Source: Syntrophorhabdus sp. PtaB.Bin027 (GTDB lineage Bacteria > Desulfobacterota > Syntrophorhabdia > Syntrophorhabdales > Syntrophorhabdaceae). From it: DNA of 64,000 bases. The notes under the pieces are model-generated. The model did not search any database. It saw nothing but the letters and a program-made list of their open reading frames with translations, and was not told where the DNA came from. Positions 41,358 through 50,871 of this stretch are shown here, piece by piece. The position numbers and the translations under genes are program-made. The stretch covers positions 3,455 to 67,454 of the forward strand of contig MVQO01000218.1 in the NCBI GenBank assembly GCA_002067585.1, given 5' to 3'. The first letter of the stretch is position 1; the number at the start of each line of letters is the position of its first letter.

Positions 41358-44300
41358 TTATACCCCTGTCGTCCCGTGAACTTCAGGATCCTTTCGGCTG
41401 TATTCTTCCTTATGCAGCACCCTCTGTATGGCATCCAAAAGTTCCTTTTTGGTAAGGGGCTTCATGAGGAATTCCTTGATACCTGCTTCTTTCATAATAT
41501 CTGTGGTTACAACGTCGCTGTGCCCTGTGCACAGTATGACGGGCATATCCGGCCTTATTTTGTAAATCTCCCTGGCGAGGTCGAGCCCGGTCATCCCAGG
41601 CATTGTCTGATCGGTAATCACAAGATCGAATCCTGATGGGTCAGATAGGAAGATCTCAAATGCCACAACACTGTTATCCAGAGCTGTCACTTCATACCCT
41701 ATTCGCTCCAGCTGCGCCTGCCCCCACTCAACAAGGAATTTCTCGTCATCTATAAACAAGACTCGCTCGCTGTTTCCAGGGGCCTGTTCAGAGGCGGTTT
41801 CCTCTGCTGATAAACCAGCTTCTGCCTTTGGAAAAAATATTGAAAAGGTTGAACCAACACCCGGCTCGCTTTCGGCTTCGATCTTCCCGTGAAGACTCTT
41901 CACGATCCCGTACACAACGGCAAGGCCCATTCCTGAGCCCTGGCCCACTTCCCTGGTCGTAAAGAAGGGATCGAATATCCTTTCCATAACATCAGGGGTC
42001 ATACCTGAGCCAGTATCGCTCACAACCACCCGCAGGTATTCCCCCGAGCCCATGTCAGGGTTGAGTATCGGGGAATCGGGCTCAATGTTAACATCAGTAA
42101 TGCTCACGTGAACCATCCCTCCTTTTTCGTTCATGGAAAGGGCAGCATTCGTTATAAGATTCATGAATACCTGCTGCACCTCAACCGGTGTGGCAAGGAT
42201 GGTATCAGAGACAGCGGCAATATCGAGCAGAATATCAATGGTGGTAGGAATTGAGGCTCGCAAGAGCTGTACCGTCTCCCTCGCCAGTGAGGCAACGGAC
42301 ACAGGTTTGCGGGCATGTTCTGTCTTCCGGGAAAACGCGAGGATCTGCTGAACCAGTTCCCGCCCCCTAGAAGCCGCACGAATCACCCTTTGAACGTGTT
42401 CAAGCTTTGGTCTGCCCTGAGGAATGTCCTCTTCAATCATTTCAGCAAACCCGATAATTGCTGCCAGGATATTATTAAAATCATGGGCAATCCCCCCTGC
42501 AAGGGTGCCGATTGCTTCCATCTTCTGAGAGTGACGCAGTTGATCTTCAAGATTTTTATATTCCGTAATATCCCTCAAGTAAGACAGTGACGCCGATTCT
42601 CCGAGATAGGTTGTTCTCACTGCTGAAACTTCAATGATTCGCAGGGTACCGTCTTTTTTTAGGCCTTTAAACTCATACCGGGCAGGAGCTGATTTACCCT
42701 CCTGTCTCGTTTTGTTGATTTCCAACACTCTGTTAAGGTCATCAGGGTGAACAGTGATTGACAGAGGTTTTCCAACAATCTCGCTGGGACCTTCATAGCC
42801 AAATATCTCTGCAAACCGTCTGTTGACGAATACGTGAAGGTCATGTACAACCAGAGCAATGCCGTCGGAGGCGCTTTCAATAGCGATTCGATATCTTTCT
42901 TCGCTTTCCCTTAGAGCCTGTTCTGCGTTTCTCAGGGCAGAAATATCCCTGGCCGCAGCAAAAACCCCTAGTACCTTCCTTGTTTCGTCTCTATACAACG
43001 TGGCATTGTAAAGTACAGGGGTAACATGTCCTGAACTGTGGCGAATCTCGAGTTCGTAGTCCCTCACCAGCCCTTCTTTGAACACCTGTTCATATCCGGC
43101 CTTGGCTCTTTCCGGGCTTGTGAAGTAATCAGAAAAATCAGTACCGATGAGCTGGAGTCTTGCACATCCGGTGACTTTCTCTGTGGCTTCATTGACATCC
43201 ATTATCCTCCCATCAGCGCTAATGGTTACAAGAGGATCGAGGCTCGCCTCAATAAGACTCCGATTGTATGCGTTTGCCAGCCGAACTTCCTCTTCAGCTC
43301 GCTTGCGATCAGTAATATCGATACCCATCTCCAGAATGAGCGTGGAACCGTCAGCATCTGTAAAGGGAAAATCGTGGATATCGTAAATATGACCGTCAGG
43401 GCCGGTCCACAGCCATCGTTGAGGTTCAATGGTCTTGAGGGTTTTGTAGGTTTCACAGCCTTCACAGGGGCCTGTGCGCCCGAAGAGATGATGAAAACAT
43501 TGCCTGTCCTCAGGATCCCCAAAAAGCTCCCGAAAAATGCGATTGGCGAATGGTATCCGGTAGTCCCGTGTTAACAAAACCACATAGGCAGGCAACGTTT
43601 CGAGGACACTGTAAAGCCGTTCCCGTTCCTCTTTCACCGCTTCTTCAACCTGTTTTCGAGAGGTAATATCCCGGTTTACTTCCATTATCTCCATTATCCC
43701 GTCGACCTCATTCTGCCGCAATATCCACTTGCTGTGTATCGTTGCCTTCCTCCCTTCCTTACAGGTGTGAATAAGTTCACCTTCCCAGCGTCCTTCGTGT
43801 TTAACGGTATTTATGATGTCTCTGATGGGAACCTGAGATTCTGTCTGTAACAGGTCATATATGTTACTACCAATAGATTCTTCCTGTGAAAATCCGTAAG
43901 TATTCTCGGCACCGGTGCTCCAAAAAATGATCTTTCCATCAATATCAGTCAGAATAATCGCATCCTGTGCCACATTAAGCAATTCTGCCTGTTGTTTGAG
44001 TTGAACAGTGCGCCTTGCTATCTGCAGCTCAAGTTCATCAGCCCGTTCTTTTTCTAGGCGGAGGAGGCGTATCCGGTCCATGGCAGTTGCTACCTGGTCT
44101 GCCACAATCTTCATAAGGGAAAGCTCATCTTCAGCAAAAGTCGAGCGGGACCGAGTGCCAAAAGAGAGGGTGCCAATAACCTGCTCCTGTACAAGAAGTG
44201 GATGACAGAAATAGGCGGTAATTCCCAAAGAGCGGATCAGGCCGGTTTGAATATCGGATGAGGCGGAAATATTCTCTGCCACTATCCGGCATGCATCCCT

Positions 44301-45632
44301 GGCTGCACACCCGCATACTGTTTCGCCATATTCGAGAAAATGTATGCTGTTGGCTATTTCCTCTTCAATGCCTGCATACGCATTAAGCCGTAAACACTTC
44401 ATCTCCTCATCCACAAGAAAGTTCAGGAAAACCTCGCAGTCAAGGTGCTCCATCACTCTGCGGCAGAGTGTTTCTACCATTTTCCGCGGTTCTGTACTGA
44501 AAAGGAGTTGATTTGCTGTTTCAGAAATGATATCGAGCCGTTCCATGCTTCGCAACAGTGCGCCTTCAGCCCGTTTCCGTTCATTAATTTCGTTCTGGAG
44601 TGATCGATTGATTACAGAAAGCTCTTCTGTTTTTTCTCTCTCTTCTCTCGTCGTGGTTCTCCTGACAAGCCAGGAAAAACCAAGCAACACGAAAAAAAAG
44701 ACAAGGGCAATCAGCGAGTAAACCTTGAGCCGCTCCCTCCATCCTTTCACAATAGGATCGAGAGGGGTTGTGGCCGCAACCACTAATGGCAACCTGTCAA
44801 TCTTCCTATACGCTATAAACCTTTTAATACCGCCTGTAGCTCGGGCTTCATACGATCCTGAAGGCTCTTTGTCAAAAGGAATGTTGAAGAGCTTGAGATG
44901 TTTGAAATCCTTTCCGAGAAATTCATCACTCATTGGCTGGCGCAGGATAAGGGCTCCATCGGTTCGAAAAACAATAACCGTACTTTCTTCGTCAAGTTCA
45001 ACGTTGCGCATGAAATTCGCAAAATCATCCGTATCTATAGCAGCAACAATGATGCCCAGAAAACGCCCATCCTTGCTTTCTAGCCTGCGGCTAATAGTGA
45101 AGCTGTATTTCCCCGTTATTCTACCCTTTACAACCGGTCCAATATAAAATCTGGTGCCCAGATCCCTGTGGGCAATAAAATATTCCCTTCCAGAGAAGTC
45201 TATTTGCGGTGAAGGATAAGACGTGGAATCCGACAAAAGACGAGCTTCGTGATCCAACAGCCAGAGAGATCCTGCATCTGAAAGGCCATCCGCAGCTGTT
45301 CGGAAACGCTCCCACTCTTGTTTTGATAAGATAATAGAACGAATGCCTTTTTCCTGGATTCGTATAGCGCGGCCATCCAGAGTCGCCTCAGCAGATATAA
45401 TGGTTCGTCTCACTCTTTCTTCAAGTGAGATGGCTGCTTTTTCAAGGCTAATTCTCGTTCGATCAAGGGTATTTTTGTAATCGGTTCTTGCTACAAACCA
45501 GAGAGTGAATGCATCTAAAAAAAACAAAAAAATAAGAATACTGCTGAGATAGAATTTAGAAGGGAATCTTCGTAATTTTGTGGTGCTCATCGAGGTGTTC
45601 CAGCTAACCGAAACAAAGCCAATTTTCCACAA
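41358..45632 (-). CDS. Hybrid sensor kinase (Cache-like, GAF, about 4 PAS, HisKA, HATPase, REC)
   Basis: Two TM segments, AHDFNN H-box, DTGSGM and GSGMGL boxes, C-terminal FIDDE/TDQTMP receiver. Probable start near 45590. Confidence 0.93.
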   Translation of the reverse strand: MWKIGFVSVSWNTSMSTTKLRRFPSKFYLSSILIFLFFLDAFTLWFVARTDYKNTLDRTRISLEKAAISLEERVRRTIISAEATLDGRAIRIQEKGIRSIILSKQEWERFRTAADGLSDAGSLWLLDHEARLLSDSTSYPSPQIDFSGREYFIAHRDLGTRFYIGPVVKGRITGKYSFTISRRLESKDGRFLGIIVAAIDTDDFANFMRNVELDEESTVIVFRTDGALILRQPMSDEFLGKDFKHLKLFNIPFDKEPSGSYEARATGGIKRFIAYRKIDRLPLVVAATTPLDPIVKGWRERLKVYSLIALVFFFVLLGFSWLVRRTTTREEREKTEELSVINRSLQNEINERKRAEGALLRSMERLDIISETANQLLFSTEPRKMVETLCRRVMEHLDCEVFLNFLVDEEMKCLRLNAYAGIEEEIANSIHFLEYGETVCGCAARDACRIVAENISASSDIQTGLIRSLGITAYFCHPLLVQEQVIGTLSFGTRSRSTFAEDELSLMKIVADQVATAMDRIRLLRLEKERADELELQIARRTVQLKQQAELLNVAQDAIILTDIDGKIIFWSTGAENTYGFSQEESIGSNIYDLLQTESQVPIRDIINTVKHEGRWEGELIHTCKEGRKATIHSKWILRQNEVDGIMEIMEVNRDITSRKQVEEAVKEERERLYSVLETLPAYVVLLTRDYRIPFANRIFRELFGDPEDRQCFHHLFGRTGPCEGCETYKTLKTIEPQRWLWTGPDGHIYDIHDFPFTDADGSTLILEMGIDITDRKRAEEEVRLANAYNRSLIEASLDPLVTISADGRIMDVNEATEKVTGCARLQLIGTDFSDYFTSPERAKAGYEQVFKEGLVRDYELEIRHSSGHVTPVLYNATLYRDETRKVLGVFAAARDISALRNAEQALRESEERYRIAIESASDGIALVVHDLHVFVNRRFAEIFGYEGPSEIVGKPLSITVHPDDLNRVLEINKTRQEGKSAPARYEFKGLKKDGTLRIIEVSAVRTTYLGESASLSYLRDITEYKNLEDQLRHSQKMEAIGTLAGGIAHDFNNILAAIIGFAEMIEEDIPQGRPKLEHVQRVIRAASRGRELVQQILAFSRKTEHARKPVSVASLARETVQLLRASIPTTIDILLDIAAVSDTILATPVEVQQVFMNLITNAALSMNEKGGMVHVSITDVNIEPDSPILNPDMGSGEYLRVVVSDTGSGMTPDVMERIFDPFFTTREVGQGSGMGLAVVYGIVKSLHGKIEAESEPGVGSTFSIFFPKAEAGLSAEETASEQAPGNSERVLFIDDEKFLVEWGQAQLERIGYEVTALDNSVVAFEIFLSDPSGFDLVITDQTMPGMTGLDLAREIYKIRPDMPVILCTGHSDVVTTDIMKEAGIKEFLMKPLTKKELLDAIQRVLHKEEYSRKDPEVHGTTGV

Positions 45633-45837
45633 ACACGCAGTTTAAGACCAGCGAGGAGTCACATATTTCAGTCCGAAAGCCTGTTGTGTCAGCTTCCATA
45701 AAAAAACCGGGTGTCTTGTTGCTAAGTATAGCGGATTCACCCCTAAAAAACAAACCACCATATTCTTCAGAAATCAGGTTATTTTGCGAGTTCCTTAAAA
45801 TGCCATTTTGGGGTCTAAGCCCCCCCCTCATCTTGAA

Positions 45838-46782
45838 TCAATTTCTGTTGAGGGCTTTAGCTCCATCAGGTCCTTTATGTGGCTGCCATAGACACAGGTT
45901 TGCCATATCTCCATTAAAGGCAGTCCTGGCTTTTTTCAGGACCCTCTGCTCGATCTGTCTGACACGCTCCCGGGATATACAGAACCTTGCCCCTATCTCT
46001 TCAAGCGTTTCCGGCTTATCTGCCATAATGCGGTTATCAAGTATGCATATCTCTTTCTCGTTCAGATTAATCTTCAACGCCTTAATTTTTTCATCCAGGA
46101 CTCTTTTCGATTCCTTTTCCATTACCACATACTCCACGTCCTCATCGGATGTGAGTAAATCCATAATCGTATCAACTCCATCGTCATTCACAGGAGAGTC
46201 AAGATATATGTCATTGTATGTTAATCGAATATTCATCTCTATTATGTCCTCCTCTTTTACTCCCAGGGAACGGGCAAGGGTGGCAGGGGCAGGGTTCAGC
46301 CCAAGATGCTCAAGTCTCCGTTTTTCCTTGTTCAATCGATAGAAAAGCCTCCTCTGGCCTTCGGTCGTTCCAATTTTTACAAGGCTCCATGAGCTCATTA
46401 TATACTGCAGGATATAAGCCCTTATCCAGAATTGCGCATATGTTGAGAATTTGGTTCCCTTGTGGGGATTGTATTTCTTTATGGCATGGAGAAGACCAAC
46501 ATTACCTTCCTGAATAAGATCGAGAATATTCTGATACGTGTTGTAGTAGCTCATAGCGATTTTAACCACAAGCCTGAGGTTAGAAACTGTCAGTTTCTCA
46601 ACCGCTCTGGGGTCATGGTTCTCGTAAACAAGCTGTGTAACCTCACGTTCTTCTTTCAGGGAAAGCACAGGATATTTTGATAGTTCCGAAAGATATGCAG
46701 TCAACGGGTCGCGCTTGACCGGCAGGCATTTTTTATGCTTCCTGTGTTCCGTACATTCTCCACAAACACAATGCCTTTCCAT
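45838..46782 (-). CDS. rpoH: RpoH (sigma-32)-like RNA polymerase sigma factor
   Basis: SNLRLVVKIA, DLIQEGNVGL, FSTYAQFWIRAYI, RpoH-box-like VKIGTTEGQRRLFYRL, SRERVRQIE; start reassigned to ATG 46782 (AGGAGG RBS). Confidence 0.85.
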   Translation of the reverse strand: MERHCVCGECTEHRKHKKCLPVKRDPLTAYLSELSKYPVLSLKEEREVTQLVYENHDPRAVEKLTVSNLRLVVKIAMSYYNTYQNILDLIQEGNVGLLHAIKKYNPHKGTKFSTYAQFWIRAYILQYIMSSWSLVKIGTTEGQRRLFYRLNKEKRRLEHLGLNPAPATLARSLGVKEEDIIEMNIRLTYNDIYLDSPVNDDGVDTIMDLLTSDEDVEYVVMEKESKRVLDEKIKALKINLNEKEICILDNRIMADKPETLEEIGARFCISRERVRQIEQRVLKKARTAFNGDMANLCLWQPHKGPDGAKALNRN

Positions 46783-46894
46783 TCTCCATCCCTCCTGATC
46801 AAAACTTGCATGGAATATTTTTCTCTCTATCAAAAATTGCGCCATACAATAAAACGGAATGTAAAAATTTGAGATTATCAATTATATCAATATA

Positions 46895-47254
46895 TTAGAC
46901 GAATTGGTCAGTGATCTGTAACATATTGAGAAAGAGGATTTTGTCCTGTTTGGCAGGACAAAATCTGTTTTTTAACTCTCTCTTATTTCTGGTTATGATC
47001 GGGCAAACCTGTATCCAGGCCTTCAGGGATTCCTGTTCATACCGGTATTTCGAGTGATGGGACAGAAAAATCTCGTGTGAGTTCCACTGAACAACCTGCT
47101 CAAGGAATTCTGGTGGAATGATATCTATCTTTGTTCTCTGCAGGAAAGTTGAAGAAAAAGGCATGTCATATTCGCATAAGAGGCACGTTATTGCCAGAAA
47201 AGAACCCGGTGAGTCGGCAAATGGAGCACTGTACATGCTCCTGTTTGATGACAT
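46895..47254 (-). CDS. Hypothetical protein
   Basis: 119-aa ORF in an otherwise empty interval; no motif recognised. Confidence 0.3.
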   Translation of the reverse strand: MSSNRSMYSAPFADSPGSFLAITCLLCEYDMPFSSTFLQRTKIDIIPPEFLEQVVQWNSHEIFLSHHSKYRYEQESLKAWIQVCPIITRNKRELKNRFCPAKQDKILFLNMLQITDQFV

Positions 47255-47447
47255 TTGACTCTATCTCTCTTGTTTGACAACTTGGCACAGAAATTCTGAC
47301 ATTCTTCAGCACCAAAAATAAGGATGTCTTAGGTGACTGAGAAACGCGTATGAGCCTTTAATGGTTTAACAAACATCATTGTTTTTTCAAAAACAACCAT
47401 AGGTTTGCATTATCTTCACTGGCTATGGTATTTTTAATGAAAAGGCC

Positions 47448-47990
47448 ATGATAAAAGACTGGGACCTCATCGATTCAAAGGTAGACCGAGATTACAGGGT
47501 GTTCAGAATTAATGTGGAAACATCTGTGTCTCCAAGAACCAAGAAAGCCGGGCGGTTTTACGTCATTGACACCAATGACTGGGTTAATATCATCCCCATC
47601 ACCGAGGATGAGCAGGTGGTAATGATCCAGCAGTACAGGCATGGATCAAAAAATATCACCCTTGAAATACCAGGCGGGCTTGTAGATGATGAAAGTCCGG
47701 AAAATGCAGCCCTGCGGGAACTCCTTGAAGAGACAGGCTATCAGGGAGATAACGTCACATATTTGGGTGCAACGAATCCAAACCCAGCCATTTTTAACAA
47801 CCTCTGCCATACCTTTCTCGTAAGAAACGTGAAAAAAGTGTCCGAAACAAACCTTGACGACAATGAGGATATCGAGGTAACCCTGAAACCCATTGAAGAA
47901 ATCCCGAGCTTGATAGCTGACGGGAGCATAAATCATGCTCTCGTCATCATAGCATTTCATTTTTACTTTTCCCGGCAATCACAATTTTAA
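47448..47990 (+). CDS. NUDIX hydrolase (ADP-ribose pyrophosphatase-like)
   Basis: QQYRHG..LEIPGG..AALRELLEETGY, NPAI. Confidence 0.92.
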   Translation: MIKDWDLIDSKVDRDYRVFRINVETSVSPRTKKAGRFYVIDTNDWVNIIPITEDEQVVMIQQYRHGSKNITLEIPGGLVDDESPENAALRELLEETGYQGDNVTYLGATNPNPAIFNNLCHTFLVRNVKKVSETNLDDNEDIEVTLKPIEEIPSLIADGSINHALVIIAFHFYFSRQSQF

Positions 47991-47995
47991 ACCCC

Positions 47996-48526
47996 ATGGT
48001 AAAAGAGAGCATACCTTACCTTGCCTTCGTCGGTAGATCAAAGACTGGAAAAACTACTGTCATTGAAAAGCTTATCCCTGCCCTCCGTGAAAAAGGGTTT
48101 AAGATAGCGGTTATCAAACATCATCACCATGATTTCGATATTGATATACCGGGAAAAGATACATACCGTTATAAGCAGGCCGGTGCCTCTACAAGCATTA
48201 TTGCCTCACCCGGTAAAGTAGCGGTTGTTGAAGATACTGCGAGAGAACTCCCCCTTCATGAGATTATTACCAGGTATGTACATGATGATGTTGACCTCCT
48301 GCTCATAGAGGGCTTCAAGAAAGAAAACATCCCTAAGATTGAGGTATTCCGTCAAAAAGAAGATGGGACCACACCAGTGTGCACCGGAGATAAAAACCTT
48401 ATTGCCGTTGTTACTGATGAATCAGTGAAAACGTCTCTTCCCATCTTCACACGGAATGATGTTCAGGGGATTGCCGAGTTTATTGTAAACCGTTTTTTGC
48501 GACAAAAATCTTCTGGAGTTCCTTGA
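47996..48526 (+). CDS. mobB: Molybdopterin-guanine dinucleotide biosynthesis protein B
   Basis: GRSKTGKTT, IKHHHHDFDID.PGKDT, LIEGFK. Confidence 0.93.
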   Translation: MVKESIPYLAFVGRSKTGKTTVIEKLIPALREKGFKIAVIKHHHHDFDIDIPGKDTYRYKQAGASTSIIASPGKVAVVEDTARELPLHEIITRYVHDDVDLLLIEGFKKENIPKIEVFRQKEDGTTPVCTGDKNLIAVVTDESVKTSLPIFTRNDVQGIAEFIVNRFLRQKSSGVP

Positions 48527-49739
48527 CCAGAGCAATATTCTCAAGATGACCTGTTTGTTTTGCAGAGATTCTGCCTATAACGGGCCTGTTCAAGAGATAT
48601 ATATCACCGATAAGATCAAGCACCTTGTGCCTAACAAACTCATCAGGAAACCGCAATGTGGTGTTAACAACCTCTTCATCATTCAGAAGGATTACATTGT
48701 TAACCCGCCCGCCGGAACCGAGTCCCATCTTTGCAAGGCGTTCAAAATCCTTGATAAATCCGAAGGTTCTTGCAGGGGCAATATTCTGTAAAAAATCATC
48801 TCTGTTGCCTGCAAAGTGGTATGACTGCCGGCCGATCGGCATGGGATGTTCCAAGATATATTCAACCTCGAACCTTTTTGAGGGCTCGATAGACAGGTGA
48901 CGACCGTCACCAGGGTTGGAAAGAACAATTTTTGTGTCTATTTTGAGAGGCTCTACCCCTTCCTTTTGTTCAACAATTCCTGCTTTTTCAATATTATTAC
49001 ACATCTCAAGGGCTGAGCCATCAAATATGGGCACCTCTTCGCTTACCTTTACCAGGAGGTTGGTGATTCCGAACATATGGCACGTGGCCATAAGGTGCTC
49101 TATTGTGCGAACCTGGCAGTTCTTTCCTTTAACAGTAGATGCATATCCCACCGAGAACACATAGTCGATGTGTGCAGGGATTCGTTCACCATCAGGTATA
49201 TGTTCAAAAACAATCCCGGTGCCTTCTGGCATGGGCAGGAGAATCATGCCGGTCTTGACCCCCGAATGCAGGCCAACCCCGTACACAACGATACTTTCTC
49301 CAATAGTCTTTTGTTTGTAAACATCAGGGCCTTTTGAAATACCAACCTTTACGTCTTCGGCAACTTCTGTTTTTTGGTTTTCACCGGCAAGCCCTCGTGA
49401 AATCACTTCCAACACCTTATCAATGGATAGGGGCTTTTCAAGAAAATCGTATGCACCCATTTTTACGGCCTCAACTGCTGTCGAGATTGTCCCATGTCCT
49501 GATATGACAATTACAATGGCCTCTTTTTCTTTCTCTTTGATCATTTTGAGCACCTGAAGACCATCAAGTCCGGGCATCCAGATATCAAGGAGGACAATTT
49601 CAGGCCTGGCTGTATCGAAGAGTTCTAGTCCCTCCCTGCCTTCCCTGGCTGTAAAAACTTGAAATCCCTCATCCCTCAAGATGGAGGAAAGACTATCGAG
49701 AATTTGCTTTTCGTCGTCAATAATGAGAACCTTGTTCAT
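48480..49739 (-). CDS. lpxC: Response-regulator receiver fused to UDP-3-O-acyl-GlcNAc deacetylase (REC-LpxC)
   Basis: N-terminal IIDDE/LLDIWMP/SGHG/EKP receiver; C-terminal KQKTI..GVGLHSG, TIEH, PIFDGSA, ARTFGF, EFVRHKVLDLIGD, TGH. Start reassigned to ATG 49739. Confidence 0.93.
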   Translation of the reverse strand: MNKVLIIDDEKQILDSLSSILRDEGFQVFTAREGREGLELFDTARPEIVLLDIWMPGLDGLQVLKMIKEKEKEAIVIVISGHGTISTAVEAVKMGAYDFLEKPLSIDKVLEVISRGLAGENQKTEVAEDVKVGISKGPDVYKQKTIGESIVVYGVGLHSGVKTGMILLPMPEGTGIVFEHIPDGERIPAHIDYVFSVGYASTVKGKNCQVRTIEHLMATCHMFGITNLLVKVSEEVPIFDGSALEMCNNIEKAGIVEQKEGVEPLKIDTKIVLSNPGDGRHLSIEPSKRFEVEYILEHPMPIGRQSYHFAGNRDDFLQNIAPARTFGFIKDFERLAKMGLGSGGRVNNVILLNDEEVVNTTLRFPDEFVRHKVLDLIGDIYLLNRPVIGRISAKQTGHLENIALVKELQKIFVAKNGLQ

Positions 49740-49869
49740 AGAGGATATTTTACCTGAAAGCACTCTTATTTACAAATTTACAGGATTCATACCCTTATAG
49801 TGCAAATATCTTTTTTGTGCTATACTATGTTCACAAAGTTAAGGAACTTGGAGGTCAACAACATACTAA

Positions 49870-50871
49870 TTGGAAGAAAAAACTGAAGAAGGTTACCTGA
49901 GGTTATCCTTTGACGATACCAACGTAGCTCGAAACCTTTTTGGCCCACGCGACGAAAACATAAAATACCTGAAAAAATACTTCAATATCAGAACAAGCAT
50001 TCGTGGGAACCACCTTACCATCATGGGCAACAAAAAAGATATCGACAATACAAACAGAGTGATCAACGAACTCCAGGGAATTGTTCGAAAAGGCCTTGCC
50101 ATCAATCAGGCCGATATTGACCACGCTGTTAGATACCTTTCCCATACCAAGGGCGATATGGAGGAACTCCACAAAGACCAGATTTACATAATGCCCTCAA
50201 GGAAACTTATAGCACCAAAATCAAAAAACCAAAAGCGCTATCTTGATGCCATCAAAAAATATGACATGGTCATTGGCATCGGCCCTGCCGGTACAGGAAA
50301 GACCTACCTCGCCATGGCAATGGCCCTTTCATCGTATTTCAGGAAGGAGGTTTCACGCATTATTCTCACAAGGCCGGCAATAGAAGCCGGTGAGAAACTC
50401 GGATATCTTCCCGGGACCATGTATGAAAAGGTGAATCCCTACCTACGACCTCTTCATGACGCTCTTTTCGACATGGTAGACATGGATAGAGCAACCCGGC
50501 TTATTGAAAAAGGTGTAATTGAAATCGCCCCTCTGGCATTTATGCGTGGCCGCACACTTAACGACGCCTTTGTAATTCTTGATGAAGCACAAAATACAGC
50601 CTCGGAACAGATGAAAATGTTTCTCACGAGGCTCGGGTTCTCTTCGAAGACCGTCATAACCGGCGATATTACCCAGATTGATCTACCTGACAAAAAAACG
50701 AGCGGCCTTGTTGAGATTCAAGCGGTGTTAAAAGGTGTCAAAGGCATCCGATTTGTTTACTTTTCAGAGAAAGATGTGGTAAGACATCCGCTTGTCCAGA
50801 AGATCATTCGGGCGTATGAATCCCGGAAGGCTGTCCTGGAGGATATAAAAAATGCTGAGCGAAAAAGCTAA
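49870..50871 (+). CDS. phoH: PhoH-family ATPase/RNA helicase
   Basis: GPAGTGKT, LTRPAIEAGEKLGYLPG, APLAFMRGRTL, DEAQN; TTG start. Confidence 0.95.
   Translation: MEEKTEEGYLRLSFDDTNVARNLFGPRDENIKYLKKYFNIRTSIRGNHLTIMGNKKDIDNTNRVINELQGIVRKGLAINQADIDHAVRYLSHTKGDMEELHKDQIYIMPSRKLIAPKSKNQKRYLDAIKKYDMVIGIGPAGTGKTYLAMAMALSSYFRKEVSRIILTRPAIEAGEKLGYLPGTMYEKVNPYLRPLHDALFDMVDMDRATRLIEKGVIEIAPLAFMRGRTLNDAFVILDEAQNTASEQMKMFLTRLGFSSKTVITGDITQIDLPDKKTSGLVEIQAVLKGVKGIRFVYFSEKDVVRHPLVQKIIRAYESRKAVLEDIKNAERKS

Noticed and set aside
45686-46342. 218-aa plus-strand ORF, and the many other antisense ORFs in the track (for example 3833-4486, 33470-34039, 56435-57034)
   Set aside because: They shadow well-supported genes on the opposite strand and lack motifs or RBS.
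48480-48526. 47-nt convergent overlap of mobB and REC-lpxC 3' ends
   Set aside because: Short tail-to-tail overlaps are common and need no special explanation.
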